Counted from the first letter of the stretch, positions 50,773 through 60,579 are shown. The stretch is 64,000 nucleotides of DNA from an uncultured Candidatus Rokubacteria bacterium (GCA_963754315.1 CAVWFS010000019.1:640001-704000), one strand, 5' to 3'. Made by a program: numbers and translations. The notes: a model not told the origin generated them from the letters alone.

Positions 50773-51905
50773 CCCCCCTCGCGGGCATCCGCATCCTCGA
50801 TCTGACCAGCTACATCGCGGGGTCATACGCAGCGATGATGCTGGCCGACCTGGGGGCGTCGGTTCTCAAGGTGGAGGCACTCGAGGGAGACTCCTTCCGC
50901 GAGTTACCGGGGTTCTACGGCTGGAACCGCGGCAAACGCTCGCTTGCGCTCAACCTCAAGACACCCGAAGGGCTCGAGATCATCGAGCGGCTCGCCCTTG
51001 AAAGCGACGTGGCCATGGAGAACATGCGTCCCGGCGTGGCCGATCGGCTGGGCGTCGGGGCCACTCGGCTGCGCGGGCTGAACCCCCGCCTCGTCTACTG
51101 TTCGGTGACCGCGTTTGGCCCGACCGGCGCCTATCGCGATCGGCCCGGCTTCGATCCGCTCCTCCAGGCCATGGGCGGGCTGATGGCCCAGCAGGGCATC
51201 GGGGGCCCGCCGCAGTATTTGCGGATAGCGCCGACCGACTACTACACGGCAGCCCTGGCCACCCAAGGCGTGCTGGCCGCCCTGATAGCGCGGAGTCGTA
51301 CGGGACAGGGCCAGCACGTCGAGACATCCCTGCTCCAGGGGGTCCTCGCGCTGCAGTCAGGCAACGTCGTCGAGTATGCGGGCAAGCCCACTATCGTGCG
51401 GGACAATCCGACATATCGTCTCTATCAGGCCAATGACGGCGAGTGGTTCTTCCTCGCCTGCGGCAACCAGTCGTTCTGGGTGAAACTGTGCAAGGCCCTC
51501 GGGCTCGAGGATCTGGCCGACGACCCACGCTTCGCCTCGTGGCTTCTGCGCATCGACAACCGCGATGCGCTCTTGCCGGTGCTCGAGGCGAGATTCCGGA
51601 GCCGGCCGCGGCACGAGTGGCTGACGGTCTTGGCCTCTCACGACATCCCGGCGGCCCCGGTCCAGACGTTGGCGGAGTTTTTGAGGGACCCCGTGGTGCA
51701 CCATCACCACATGGTGCAGGAGTACGACCATCCGGAGGTCGGCCGGCTGCGGGTCATGGGCCAGCCGTTCGGGTTCTCCGACACGCCGACTGAAGATCCC
51801 GGACCGCCGCCAACGCTAGGGCAGCACACGGAGGAGACGCTGGCCACGCTTGGCTACAGCCCCGAGAGAATCGCAGATCTGCGTCGCCGCGCCATCGTGA
51901 GGTGA
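50769..51905 (+). CDS. CaiB/BaiF family CoA-transferase
   Basis: ILDLTSYIAG, NRGKRSL, ENMRPG, GFD (catalytic Asp) and PTLGQHT motifs. Confidence 0.92.
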   Translation: MTPLAGIRILDLTSYIAGSYAAMMLADLGASVLKVEALEGDSFRELPGFYGWNRGKRSLALNLKTPEGLEIIERLALESDVAMENMRPGVADRLGVGATRLRGLNPRLVYCSVTAFGPTGAYRDRPGFDPLLQAMGGLMAQQGIGGPPQYLRIAPTDYYTAALATQGVLAALIARSRTGQGQHVETSLLQGVLALQSGNVVEYAGKPTIVRDNPTYRLYQANDGEWFFLACGNQSFWVKLCKALGLEDLADDPRFASWLLRIDNRDALLPVLEARFRSRPRHEWLTVLASHDIPAAPVQTLAEFLRDPVVHHHHMVQEYDHPEVGRLRVMGQPFGFSDTPTEDPGPPPTLGQHTEETLATLGYSPERIADLRRRAIVR

Positions 51906-52699
51906 GCATGTCCCAGACGCCCTACCAGGCTATTCGTTTCGAGGAGGCCGACGGCGTCGCCACCGTCACCCTCGATCGTCCAGATGTTCACAACGCCATG
52001 AACGATCGGATGCGGCGCGAGCTGACGCAGTGCTTCTCGGATCTAGCGGGCCGCGACGATGTACATGTGATCGTGGTCACCGGCGCCGGTGAGCGAGCCT
52101 TTTCGGCCGGGGCCGACATTCGCGAGTTCGTGGAGCCGCTCGTCCCTGTGCGATTCCGCGAGGAGCGCCGGCGCCTCGATTTTCGGCAAGCCCTGGACCG
52201 CTGCCCGCAGCCCATCATTGCGGCCATTCGCGGGTACGCGTTCGGGGGCGGACTGGAGCTGGCCTTGGCCTGCGATATCCGCATCGCCGGCGAGGACGCG
52301 CAGCTCGGCCTCACCGAAGTGAATCTCGCTATCATTCCGGGCGGCGGCGGCACCCAGCGCCTCCCCCGTCTCGTGGGCCGGGGCAAAGCGCTGGAGATGA
52401 TCCTCACCGGCGCCCGCCTGCCCGCCGCCGAGGCGCTGCGCATCGGTCTCGTGGAGCGCGTCGTCCCGGCGACCGAGGTGCTCCGGGCAGCGCTGGATCT
52501 GGCCCGCACCCTCGCCACCAAGGCCCCGGTCGCCCTGCGTTACGCCAAGGAGGCGGTCGTCAAGGGGTTAGAGTTGCCCCTGGCCGACGGCCTTCGCCTG
52601 GAGGGGGACTTGTCCACGCTCTTGCGCACGACCGAGGATCGCGTGGAGGGAGCGCGTGCCTTCCTGGAGAAGCGCTCCCCACGCTGGACAGGCCGATGA
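51902..52699 (+). CDS. Enoyl-CoA hydratase (crotonase)
   Basis: AFSAGADI, GGGLELALACD and TEVNLAIIPGGGGTQRLPRLVG motifs. Confidence 0.93.
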   Translation: MSMSQTPYQAIRFEEADGVATVTLDRPDVHNAMNDRMRRELTQCFSDLAGRDDVHVIVVTGAGERAFSAGADIREFVEPLVPVRFREERRRLDFRQALDRCPQPIIAAIRGYAFGGGLELALACDIRIAGEDAQLGLTEVNLAIIPGGGGTQRLPRLVGRGKALEMILTGARLPAAEALRIGLVERVVPATEVLRAALDLARTLATKAPVALRYAKEAVVKGLELPLADGLRLEGDLSTLLRTTEDRVEGARAFLEKRSPRWTGR

Positions 52700-52706
52700 T
52701 GGTGTC

Positions 52707-53702
52707 ATGCCGTTCGCGTACTACGCGCGGCTGACCCGTTCTCAGCAAGCCGTCTACCGGCGTAGCGATGGCATTGCCGAGATCGTCCTCGAGCGGGCAG
52801 GAGACCTGCAACCCTTCGTGGCTTCCCTGGAGCAGGCGCTGGCCTCGGAAGAGCGGTTGGCCACGCAGGCGGCGGCAGCCCGCCTGACCCGCGGCCTCAC
52901 GGATGCGCTCGCCATTCCTCCCCTTCGGCTCGAGGTGCTCGCGGCGCGCCCCCACGCCAACTGGGGCGAGTTGCACGGTCTTTATACGGCCGAGCGTGGC
53001 CGGGTTCCCAAGATCCAGGTCTGGATGCGCACGGCGAAGCACAAGCGCGTGGTGGCGTTTCGGACGTTCCTGCGCACCTTGCTGCACGAGGTTGGTCATC
53101 ACATCGACTACACGCTGCTACGGCTGCCGGACTCCTACCATACGGAAGGCTTCTATAAGCGGGAATCGAGCCTCTTCTATCAGCTCGTCCCCCGAAAGGA
53201 CACTGCCATGCCGACCATGGAAGAGTACGCGAAGCAACCGATCGCCGACCGCCTCGCTCGGCTCGAGCGCACTCCGGACGAGCTGGAGGCGGCCATCAAG
53301 GGCAAGACCGCCGCGGTTCTCGCGCGACGCCCAGACACAAAGAACTGGGCGGCCAAAGAGGTCGTGTGCCATCTGCGCGACACCGAGGAGCTCTTCAAGC
53401 AACGCTTCGACACCATCCTGGTCATGGCGGATCCGAAACTCCTTGGACTCGACCCCGACCGGTGGGCAGAGGAGCGCCAGTACCTCCGCAACGATACCAA
53501 GCTGGCCGCGGCCGCCTTCCGGGCGCGGCGGCGCGACTCGCTGGCGTTGTTGCACACACTGGTCCCCGCCGGCGGCTTGCAACGCGGCGGAGTCCACATG
53601 ACGCGGGGACGCATCACCATCGACGACTTCGTGACCCTGATGGCCTGGCACGACGACAACCACCTCGACCAACTCCGGCGCGCCCTGGAGGGACGTGCCT
53701 GA
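52707..53702 (+). CDS. HEXXH-motif domain fused in frame to a DinB-family domain
   Basis: RTLLHEVGHHID...HTEGFYKRESSL in the N-terminal part; internal AAGGA-N7-ATG 53208; WAAKEVVCHLRD...WHDDNHLDQ (DinB). Confidence 0.75.
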   Translation: MPFAYYARLTRSQQAVYRRSDGIAEIVLERAGDLQPFVASLEQALASEERLATQAAAARLTRGLTDALAIPPLRLEVLAARPHANWGELHGLYTAERGRVPKIQVWMRTAKHKRVVAFRTFLRTLLHEVGHHIDYTLLRLPDSYHTEGFYKRESSLFYQLVPRKDTAMPTMEEYAKQPIADRLARLERTPDELEAAIKGKTAAVLARRPDTKNWAAKEVVCHLRDTEELFKQRFDTILVMADPKLLGLDPDRWAEERQYLRNDTKLAAAAFRARRRDSLALLHTLVPAGGLQRGGVHMTRGRITIDDFVTLMAWHDDNHLDQLRRALEGRA

Positions 53703-53728
53703 ATCTTCGCCGTCGGGAGGAGAGTGCC

Positions 53729-54667
53729 ATGAAATTCGGGATTCATATCGGACACATGGGAGGTCCGCTCGCCGAGATGCGAAAGCTGTGGAAGTTCGCC
53801 GACGCGAAGGGCTTCGACTGGTTCTCCGTTTCCGACCACTTCCAGGAGTCGCCGCCCCGCGGCGGAGAGATGGATTGTTACGAAGCCATCGCCACCCTGA
53901 CGGCGGCGGCCATGGACACCACACGCATCCGTCTCGGGAGCGGCGTGTACTGCGTCGTGTACCGCACCCCCGCCCTGCTCGCCAAATCGCTCACCACCAT
54001 CGACCATCTGTCCAACGGACGGGTCGACTGCGGCCTGGGGGCTGGGTGGCACGAGATCGAGGCCAAGGCTTATGGTTACCCGTTTCCGTCCATCGGCCCG
54101 CGCGAGGACATGCTCGAGGAGTATGCTCAAATCATGCGCCTGCTACTCGACCCCGAGCAGCGCCGGGCGAACTTCGAGGGGAAGCATTTTTGCGTTACCA
54201 ACGCTCCCAACTATCCCAAGCCACTGCAGCCCCGAATCCCCATCTGGATCGGCGGGCGGGGCGAGAAGCGTACCCTGCGCGCGGCCGCCAAGTACGCCGA
54301 CGGCTGGAACGGCGCCTACATGGGTCCCGACGACTGGATGCACAAGAATCAGGTGCTCGACCAGTGGTGTGAAAAGGAGAAGCGCGACCCCAAGACCATC
54401 ATGCGCAGCGTGAACCTCGGCTTCTATCTGGGCGCCGATGTCAAAGGCGCCGCCCGTGCTGACGAGATCTTCCGCAGCCACTGGGGCGGCAGTGCCGAGC
54501 GCGCCGAGCGCACGGGGTACCTGCGGGGGACGATCAGGGATGCGCGGGCGATGGTGGACCAGTTCCGCACACTCGGTTGCACCCGGCTCAACATCGCCTT
54601 TCGTGAAGGCCCATACGACTGGGACGCGCTGGACGCTTTCGCGGCCGAGATCGTGCGGGCGGGCTGA
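53729..54667 (+). CDS. LLM-class flavin (possibly F420)-dependent oxidoreductase
   Basis: GFDWFSVSDHF, DHLSNGR..GLGAGWHEIE and PIWIGG.GEKRTLR.AAKYADGWN motifs. Confidence 0.9.
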   Translation: MKFGIHIGHMGGPLAEMRKLWKFADAKGFDWFSVSDHFQESPPRGGEMDCYEAIATLTAAAMDTTRIRLGSGVYCVVYRTPALLAKSLTTIDHLSNGRVDCGLGAGWHEIEAKAYGYPFPSIGPREDMLEEYAQIMRLLLDPEQRRANFEGKHFCVTNAPNYPKPLQPRIPIWIGGRGEKRTLRAAAKYADGWNGAYMGPDDWMHKNQVLDQWCEKEKRDPKTIMRSVNLGFYLGADVKGAARADEIFRSHWGGSAERAERTGYLRGTIRDARAMVDQFRTLGCTRLNIAFREGPYDWDALDAFAAEIVRAG

Positions 54668-54741
54668 ACGACGACCTAGCACGTATAATTGGGGTCACAC
54701 AAATCGATCACGTCCCGCGCTGGCGGGGACAAGGAGAACCT

Positions 54742-55176
54742 ATGCTGAACCCAGGAGACAAGGCGCCCGACTTCGTCGGTCGCGATCACAGCGGCAACAC
54801 CGTGAAACTCTCGGACTTCAAGGGTAAGCCGGTCGTGCTGTGGTTCTTCCCCAAGGCTGATACCCCTGGTTGAACGGCGGAAGGTTGCGGGTTCCGCGAC
54901 CTAAAGGCCGACTACGATAGCAAGGGCGCGGTGATCCTCGGCGTGTCTTTTGACACTCCGGCCGAGAACAAGAAATTCGCCGAGAAGTACACCTTTAACT
55001 TCCCGCTGATCTGTGACACCGACCGGACGATCGGCACCGCCTATGGCGCCAATGTCGACCCGCAGAAGGGCGCTCAGCGCGTGGGCGTGGTTATCGACCG
55101 GGACGGCAAGATCAAGGAGTGGCACGCACGGGTCGACGCACGGGCGTGGCCGGCCGAGGTGGTGAGAACGCTGTAG
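54742..55176 (+). CDS. bcp: BCP/PrxQ-type peroxiredoxin, predicted selenoprotein (UGA = Sec at codon 44)
   Basis: AAGGAG SD, ATG 54742, MLNPGDKAPDF...VVLWFFPKADTPG[TGA 54871-54873]TAEGCGFRD...ILGVSFD...FPLICD. 144 aa with readthrough. Confidence 0.9.
54882..54902 (+). promoter_or_regulatory. Candidate bacterial SECIS element
   Basis: AGGUUGCGG-GUU-CCGCGACCU, a 9-bp stem whose G-initiated apical loop starts 18 nt after the UGA. Confidence 0.7.
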
Positions 55177-55344
55177 CGAGACCGCCCGGCGCGGCCGGGC
55201 AGGCGCCGCCCGTCCCGCGGTGTATCCAAGTCGACGCATTGACGGAGCGGACGGCCTCCCTGATCGTTGAGGCGCGGCCACACCGGCCGCGGGGGTTTCT
55301 CGACGATGGGAGCATCTGGCAGCCCGAGGTGCCCGCGCTTCGAG

Positions 55345-55689
55345 ATGCGGTGCAGCTCAACTATCTTCTCAGCCGAGGAGATCGCACGGCTCCACACGCG
55401 AGGCGCCTTCTATCACACATTGATGGTCGGTCAGCGCCAGCCCACGACCCCGGCCCAGCAGCGCTTCGTCGCTGTCTGTCGCGGATCTGCCAGCCCTACC
55501 ACTCCGGATGAGCACGTCTGGCTGAAATATTGCCGGCGTGTCGCGTGGGAGGCGGACCCGGGCAATCGCGCGGCGATGGGGGCGAAGCGCATGGCCGCCG
55601 ACGCGAGCTGGGGCGGAAGCCGTGTAGCCTATCGGGAGATGAAGCGCCAGGAGATGGCGGACTCCTTTCGACGCCACCGGGGTCAGTAG
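55345..55689 (+). CDS. DUF413 (YifE/MaoP-like) protein
   Basis: FSAEE..RL...G......L..GQRQPTTPAQQRFVAVCRG...PTT..EHVWLKY, recalled as the DUF413 core. Confidence 0.7.
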   Translation: MRCSSTIFSAEEIARLHTRGAFYHTLMVGQRQPTTPAQQRFVAVCRGSASPTTPDEHVWLKYCRRVAWEADPGNRAAMGAKRMAADASWGGSRVAYREMKRQEMADSFRRHRGQ

Positions 55690-55714
55690 AGCACCGTCAC
55701 GCTTCACCCCGCGC

Positions 55715-55744
55715 TTGACAAGCTCCCGCTGGTGCATGCAGAGT
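55715..55744 (+). promoter_or_regulatory. Candidate sigma70 promoter for the liv-like operon
   Basis: TTGACA-N18-CAGAGT. Confidence 0.35.
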
Positions 55745-55865
55745 GCTCGGCACCTTCAAGGACTATCCGTCCCATCGGGAGGCCGGCATGCCCCTGGATC
55801 GGGTGTCAGGATCGTTCAACAGCAGGCCCTGCCCTCACCCTCGCGGTACCGCAAGGAGGCGCACT

Positions 55866-57140
55866 ATGCGACCGGGATCCCGTATTCGCGCCAGAATCCT
55901 CGTGAGCATCCTCGGCGGCCTGATCCTCACCGCGGCGGCGGCCGATGCTCAGCCGAAGCCGATCAGGATCGGTGAGATCAACTCCTACAGTGGGGTCGCC
56001 ACCGTGTACACCTTTCCCTACAAGGAAGGCCTGGCCTTGGCCACCAAGGAAATCAACGAGGCCGGCGGCGTCCTCGGTCGCCCTCTCGAGTTCATCCATC
56101 GTGACGATAAGCTCAAGCCCGACGAGGCCGTAAAGGCGGCCCGCGAACTGGTGCTACAGGACAAGGTGGATTTCCTGGCGGGCTGCATTAGCAGCGGAGT
56201 GGGGCTCGCCATCTCCGCCTACGCCAAGGATGCCAAGGTCCTCTACTTCGCCACCCACTGCCAGACCTCACGGTTGACCTGGGACGACGGCCATCCTTAC
56301 GTCGCCCACACCACCAACAACGTCAACCAGTACGTGCGGGTCGCCGCCAGGAAGGCGTCGACCTTGCCCGTCAAGAAGTGGGCGAACATTTCCCCCGACT
56401 ACGAGTACGGCCACAACATGTGGGAGGAGTTCTCCACGTACCTGAAGAAGCTCAAGCCCGATGTGCAGTTCGTCCACCAGAGCTGGCCGAAGCTCGGCGA
56501 GAGCGATCACAGCTCCTACATCACCGCTCTGCTCCAGTCCGGGGCCGAGGGACTCTTCACGTCGCTCTGGGGCGCCCAGTCGATCGCCTTCGTGAAGCAG
56601 GCGCGCCCGTTTGGACTCTTCGAGAAGATGCGGTACGTGGCCCCGTCCGTGGGTAATCCGGACGAGCTGGACCCGCTCGGCAAGGAGGCCCCGGTGGGGG
56701 CCATCGCCACTCCATTCGCGTGGTACGATCCCGGGCTCCAGAAGCTCCACCCTAAGCTCGAGCCGTGGACCAAGAAGTGGATCGAGTGGGCGAAGGTTCG
56801 AGGGTTGAAGGACACCCAGCCCAAGCTCGGCGCGTCCTGGGGGTACGCCAGCGCCTACATCATCGCAGAGGCCATCAAGCGGGCGAAGAGCACCGACACC
56901 GACAAAGTCATCGCCGTGCTGAGCGAGGGATTCGAGATGGAGTTCCCGTGGGGCAAGGTGATCATGCGCGGCTGCGACCAGCAAGCGCTGCCTCCGCAGT
57001 GGATCGGCATCGTCAAGCTTGACGCCCAAGGCAAGCCCATCGCCACCGAGGTGGAGGAAACGCACGGCAAGGACGTTGTGCGCAGCTGCGAGGAGGTCAA
57101 GGAGCTGCGAGCGGCCGCCGCCGCCAAGCAGAAGAAGTAG
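55866..57140 (+). CDS. Branched-chain amino acid-type ABC substrate-binding protein
   Basis: AAGGAGG SD, signal peptide, IRIGEINSY, INEAGGVLGR..E...RDD and PDYEYG. Confidence 0.92.
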   Translation: MRPGSRIRARILVSILGGLILTAAAADAQPKPIRIGEINSYSGVATVYTFPYKEGLALATKEINEAGGVLGRPLEFIHRDDKLKPDEAVKAARELVLQDKVDFLAGCISSGVGLAISAYAKDAKVLYFATHCQTSRLTWDDGHPYVAHTTNNVNQYVRVAARKASTLPVKKWANISPDYEYGHNMWEEFSTYLKKLKPDVQFVHQSWPKLGESDHSSYITALLQSGAEGLFTSLWGAQSIAFVKQARPFGLFEKMRYVAPSVGNPDELDPLGKEAPVGAIATPFAWYDPGLQKLHPKLEPWTKKWIEWAKVRGLKDTQPKLGASWGYASAYIIAEAIKRAKSTDTDKVIAVLSEGFEMEFPWGKVIMRGCDQQALPPQWIGIVKLDAQGKPIATEVEETHGKDVVRSCEEVKELRAAAAAKQKK

Positions 57141-57143
57141 CGC

Positions 57144-58058
57144 GTGGATCTCGTCACCACCATCTTCCCCTGGATCACCAATGGCCCGCTCATCGCCGTC
57201 CAGGTGATGAGCGGGCTCTCGGTGGCGATGTTCCTCTTTCTCGTCTCGGTCGGGATGTCACTCATCTTCGGCGTCACGCGGATCGTGAACCTCGCCCACG
57301 GCGCTTTCTACATGGTCGGCGCCTACCTGATGGTGACCTTGGTGGAGGTGCTGCCCGACCACGCGCTGAGCTTCTGGGTCGCCCTGCTGGTGGCGCCGCT
57401 CGGCGTGGCCGCACTCGGCGGTCTCGTCGAGATCGGGCTCCTGCGACGCATCTACCACAGAGACCCCCTGATGCAGCTCATCCTCACCTTCGGCCTCATC
57501 CTCGTCATCGGGACCCTCGTCCTCCTCGTGTGGGGTCCCGACAACAAGAGCGTGGCGCGGCCGGAGGCGCTCGCCGGCTCGGTTCGGATCTTCGGCCAAC
57601 CGTTTCCCTCGTATTACCTGCTTGTGCTCGCCCTGGCCCCCGTGGTGGCGACCGGCCTCTGGCTGATCTTCTATCGCACGCGCTGGGGCACGCTGATCCG
57701 CGCCGCCACGGTCGATCGCGAGATGCTGGGAGCTCTCGGGGTCAATGTGGCCGCGCTCTACACCCAGGTCTTCGTCTTCGGGAGCTGGCTGGCCGGCGTC
57801 GGTGGCGCCCTCTCGGCGCCGACAGTAGCCGTCGCGCTGGGGATGGATGGGGACGTGCTCACAACGGCCTTCGTCGTCGTGGTGATCGGCGGGTTGGGGA
57901 GCTTCGCCGGGAGCTTCATCAGCGCCCTGCTCGTGGGCCAGCTCCAGTCGTTCGGTATTCTGATCTTTCCCGCCGTCTCCATCGTGCTCTTGTTCGCGAT
58001 CATGGCCGTGGTGCTGATCGTGCGGCCGTGGGGACTGCTCGGGCATCCGGAGGAATAG
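57144..58058 (+). CDS. livH: Branched-chain amino acid ABC permease (LivH-like)
   Basis: GMSLIFG..RIVNLAHG, VVVIGGLGS and RPWGLLG motifs. Confidence 0.9.
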   Translation: MDLVTTIFPWITNGPLIAVQVMSGLSVAMFLFLVSVGMSLIFGVTRIVNLAHGAFYMVGAYLMVTLVEVLPDHALSFWVALLVAPLGVAALGGLVEIGLLRRIYHRDPLMQLILTFGLILVIGTLVLLVWGPDNKSVARPEALAGSVRIFGQPFPSYYLLVLALAPVVATGLWLIFYRTRWGTLIRAATVDREMLGALGVNVAALYTQVFVFGSWLAGVGGALSAPTVAVALGMDGDVLTTAFVVVVIGGLGSFAGSFISALLVGQLQSFGILIFPAVSIVLLFAIMAVVLIVRPWGLLGHPEE

Positions 58059-58064
58059 GGGCCC

Positions 58065-58991
58065 ATGAACGTCGCGCGCTGGGTGGGGGCCCTCGCCGCG
58101 ATGATCATCCTGCCCCTCGTGCTTCCCAGCTTCGTGGTGGTGGTGCTCACGGAGATCGCCATCGTGGCTCTCTTTGCCACCGCCTTCAATCTCCTGATGG
58201 GGTACGGAGGCATGGTGTCATTCGGGCACGCCGCCTACTTCGCCCTTGGCGCCTACGCGGCCGCCCTCCTCGTCAAGCGCGGCGAGTTGCCCATGCTGCT
58301 GGGGCTCGCGGCCGCTCCCGTGGTGGCGGCCGCTGGCGCGTTGGTCTTCGGCTTCTTCATCGTCCGGCTGACCCACACGTACTTCGCCATGCTGTCGCTG
58401 GCCTTCGCCCAGATCGTCTTCACGGTGGTCTTCAAGTGGACGGCCCTCACCGGCGGTGATAATGGCATTCTCAACGTCTGGCCCCCGCCCTGGCTGAAAT
58501 CGCCGCGCGCGTACTGCTACTTCACGCTGGCCGTCGTGGGTGGGGCCATCGTCGCCATTCATGCCATCGTGAACTCACCCTTTGGCTACGCCCTCAAGGC
58601 CATCCGGGACAACCCGCGACGCGCTCGCTTCATCGGCGTGAACGTGCGGCGTCACCAGCTCATCGCCTTCGTCCTGTCCGGGGCCTTCTCTGGGCTGGCG
58701 GGCGGCCTCTTCGCGTTCTTCAACGGCAGCGTATTTCCCGACTTCGCGTTCCTGAACAAGTCCTTCGAGCCCTTGGTGGTTGCGCTCCTGGGCGGGGTCC
58801 AGTCGTTTTTTGGTCCCCTGGCCGGAGCCTTCGGCTTCAAGATCCTCGAGACCTTGATCGCCCGCCAGTGGCCGGTGTACTGGCCCCTGTTTTTGGGCAG
58901 TGTGGTGATCCTCGTTATCATCCTCCTCCCCCAGGGATTCGTGGGGCTGGTCGAGAGGCGCCGGTGGCGGAGCCGAGCGACCGCCCGCTAG
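58065..58991 (+). CDS. livM: Branched-chain amino acid ABC permease (LivM-like)
   Basis: GYGGMVSFGHAAYF, TGGDNG and SPFG..LKAIRDN motifs. Confidence 0.9.
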   Translation: MNVARWVGALAAMIILPLVLPSFVVVVLTEIAIVALFATAFNLLMGYGGMVSFGHAAYFALGAYAAALLVKRGELPMLLGLAAAPVVAAAGALVFGFFIVRLTHTYFAMLSLAFAQIVFTVVFKWTALTGGDNGILNVWPPPWLKSPRAYCYFTLAVVGGAIVAIHAIVNSPFGYALKAIRDNPRRARFIGVNVRRHQLIAFVLSGAFSGLAGGLFAFFNGSVFPDFAFLNKSFEPLVVALLGGVQSFFGPLAGAFGFKILETLIARQWPVYWPLFLGSVVILVIILLPQGFVGLVERRRWRSRATAR

Positions 58992-59740
58992 CGCTGCAGA
59001 CGGTGGGTCTCAGGAAGCACTTCGGCGGCGTACAAGCCGTCAACGGGGTCGACCTCGCTGTTCCCACCGGGGACCTCCGAGCCATCATCGGCCCCAACGG
59101 AGCCGGCAAGACCACGCTGTTCAACCTCATCACCGGTGACATCGCTCACGACTCAGGCCGGATCTACGTGCGGGGTGAGGAAGTGACCGGGCTCGCTCCT
59201 CAGGATCTTTGCCGGCGCGGCCTCGGCCGCACGTTTCAGGTCACGAGCATCTTCCGCCGTCTCACGGCGCTCGAGAACGTACAGACCGCCCTCCTCAGCC
59301 ACCATCGGCGGCACTACGACATCGTCCGCTCCGCTCGGCGGCTTTACCGCGATCCAGCGATGACCCTCCTGGAGCGCGTAGGACTGGCGGGCGAGGCGGC
59401 CAAACCAAGCGGCATTCTCGCTCATGGTGATCAGAGGCGGCTCGAGCTGGCCATCGCCCTCGCCAGCGAGCCACACGTCCTGATGCTCGACGAGCCCACG
59501 GCGGGCATGGCGTCTACGGAACGCCACGAGATCATGGCCCTCGTGGCCGCCATCGCCGACCAGGCCGCGCTCACCGTGATCTTCACGGAGCACGACATGG
59601 ACGTGGTCTTCGCCGTTGCCCGACGGATCACCGTGCTTCATCAGGGCGCGGTGATCGCCGAGGGTCCACCGCTCGAGGTACGTGCGAATCGAGAAGTCCA
59701 GCGGGTCTACCTCGGGCAACAGGTTCCCGGGCGCCGCTAA
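58964..59740 (+). CDS. livG: Branched-chain amino acid ABC ATPase (LivG-like)
   Basis: FGGVQAV, GPNGAGKTT, GRTFQ, LDEPTAG and EHDMD motifs. GTG 58964 start inferred. Confidence 0.9.
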   Translation: MAEPSDRPLALQTVGLRKHFGGVQAVNGVDLAVPTGDLRAIIGPNGAGKTTLFNLITGDIAHDSGRIYVRGEEVTGLAPQDLCRRGLGRTFQVTSIFRRLTALENVQTALLSHHRRHYDIVRSARRLYRDPAMTLLERVGLAGEAAKPSGILAHGDQRRLELAIALASEPHVLMLDEPTAGMASTERHEIMALVAAIADQAALTVIFTEHDMDVVFAVARRITVLHQGAVIAEGPPLEVRANREVQRVYLGQQVPGRR

Positions 59741-60443
59741 TGGCCCTGCTCGAGCTCTGCGGTGTCGAGACCTACTATGGCGACAGCCATATCCTCTTCG
59801 ATCTCTCGCTCGAGGTCGCGGAGGGCGAGGTCGTGTGTCTGCTCGGGCGAAATGGAGCAGGCAAGAGCACGACTCTCAAAACCATCACGGGGCTCGTTCC
59901 CCCGCGCGCGGGACGCATCACCCTGCGCGGCCGGGAACTGACCGCACTCCCGCCGTTCCGCATCGCGCGCCTGGGAATCGGCTACGTGCCTGAAGAGCGG
60001 CGCATCTTCGGCAACCTCACGGTCCGCGAGAACCTCGAAGTCGCTCGCAAGACCTGGTCGGCCGACGCCACCTGGACAGCCGATCGTGTGTTCGAGCTGT
60101 TTCCACATCTGCGAGGCCTTGCCGACCGTCAGGCGGGGCGGCTCAGCGGGGGGAGCAGCAGATGCTCACCATTGCCCGAACCTTGATGGGAAGTCCACAC
60201 GTGCTGCTTCTCGACGAGCCATCCGAGGGGCTGGCACCCCTCGTCGTCCAAATGCTGGGCGAGCAGCTCGGAGATCTCAAGCGGACAGGGCTGACGATGG
60301 TCCTCGCCGAGCAGAACGTCCACTTCGTGAGCGAGCTCGGTGATCGTGTTTACGTGCTCGAGAAAGGGATGGTCCGCTACCAGGGAACCATGGCCGACTT
60401 TCTCGCCAACGACGCCGTCCGCCGCGCGCACCTCGCCATCTAA
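59740..60443 (+). CDS. livF: Branched-chain amino acid ABC ATPase (LivF-like), one-base deletion in a G run near 60150
   Basis: GRNGAGKST...LSGG in one frame; (EQQ)MLTIAR.LM...LDEPSEGLAP...EQN in the other. Confidence 0.88.
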
Positions 60444-60579
60444 GCCTTCAAGCAACCGCCCGCCTGAGCAGCAGGTCGCGACGCGGTCAGGCCTGCCTGT
60501 AGCCACCTACCATCATCTCGGATGGCACCACTCTTGCCGCATTCGTGGCTAGCTCCGAATGGAAGGGGGTGGATTCGCA

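Noticed and set aside
54931..55176. 81-aa stand-alone ORF, or Prx pseudogene
   Set aside because: The stop falls exactly at the catalytic Cys position, with a hairpin downstream and an intact upstream half, so Sec recoding fits better
55184..55200. GCCCGGC-GCG-GCCGGGC hairpin after the peroxiredoxin stop
   Set aside because: No U tract, and such stems arise by chance at this GC content
55745..55865. Riboswitch in the leader of the liv-like operon
   Set aside because: No riboswitch consensus recognised by eye; an Rfam/Infernal scan would be needed
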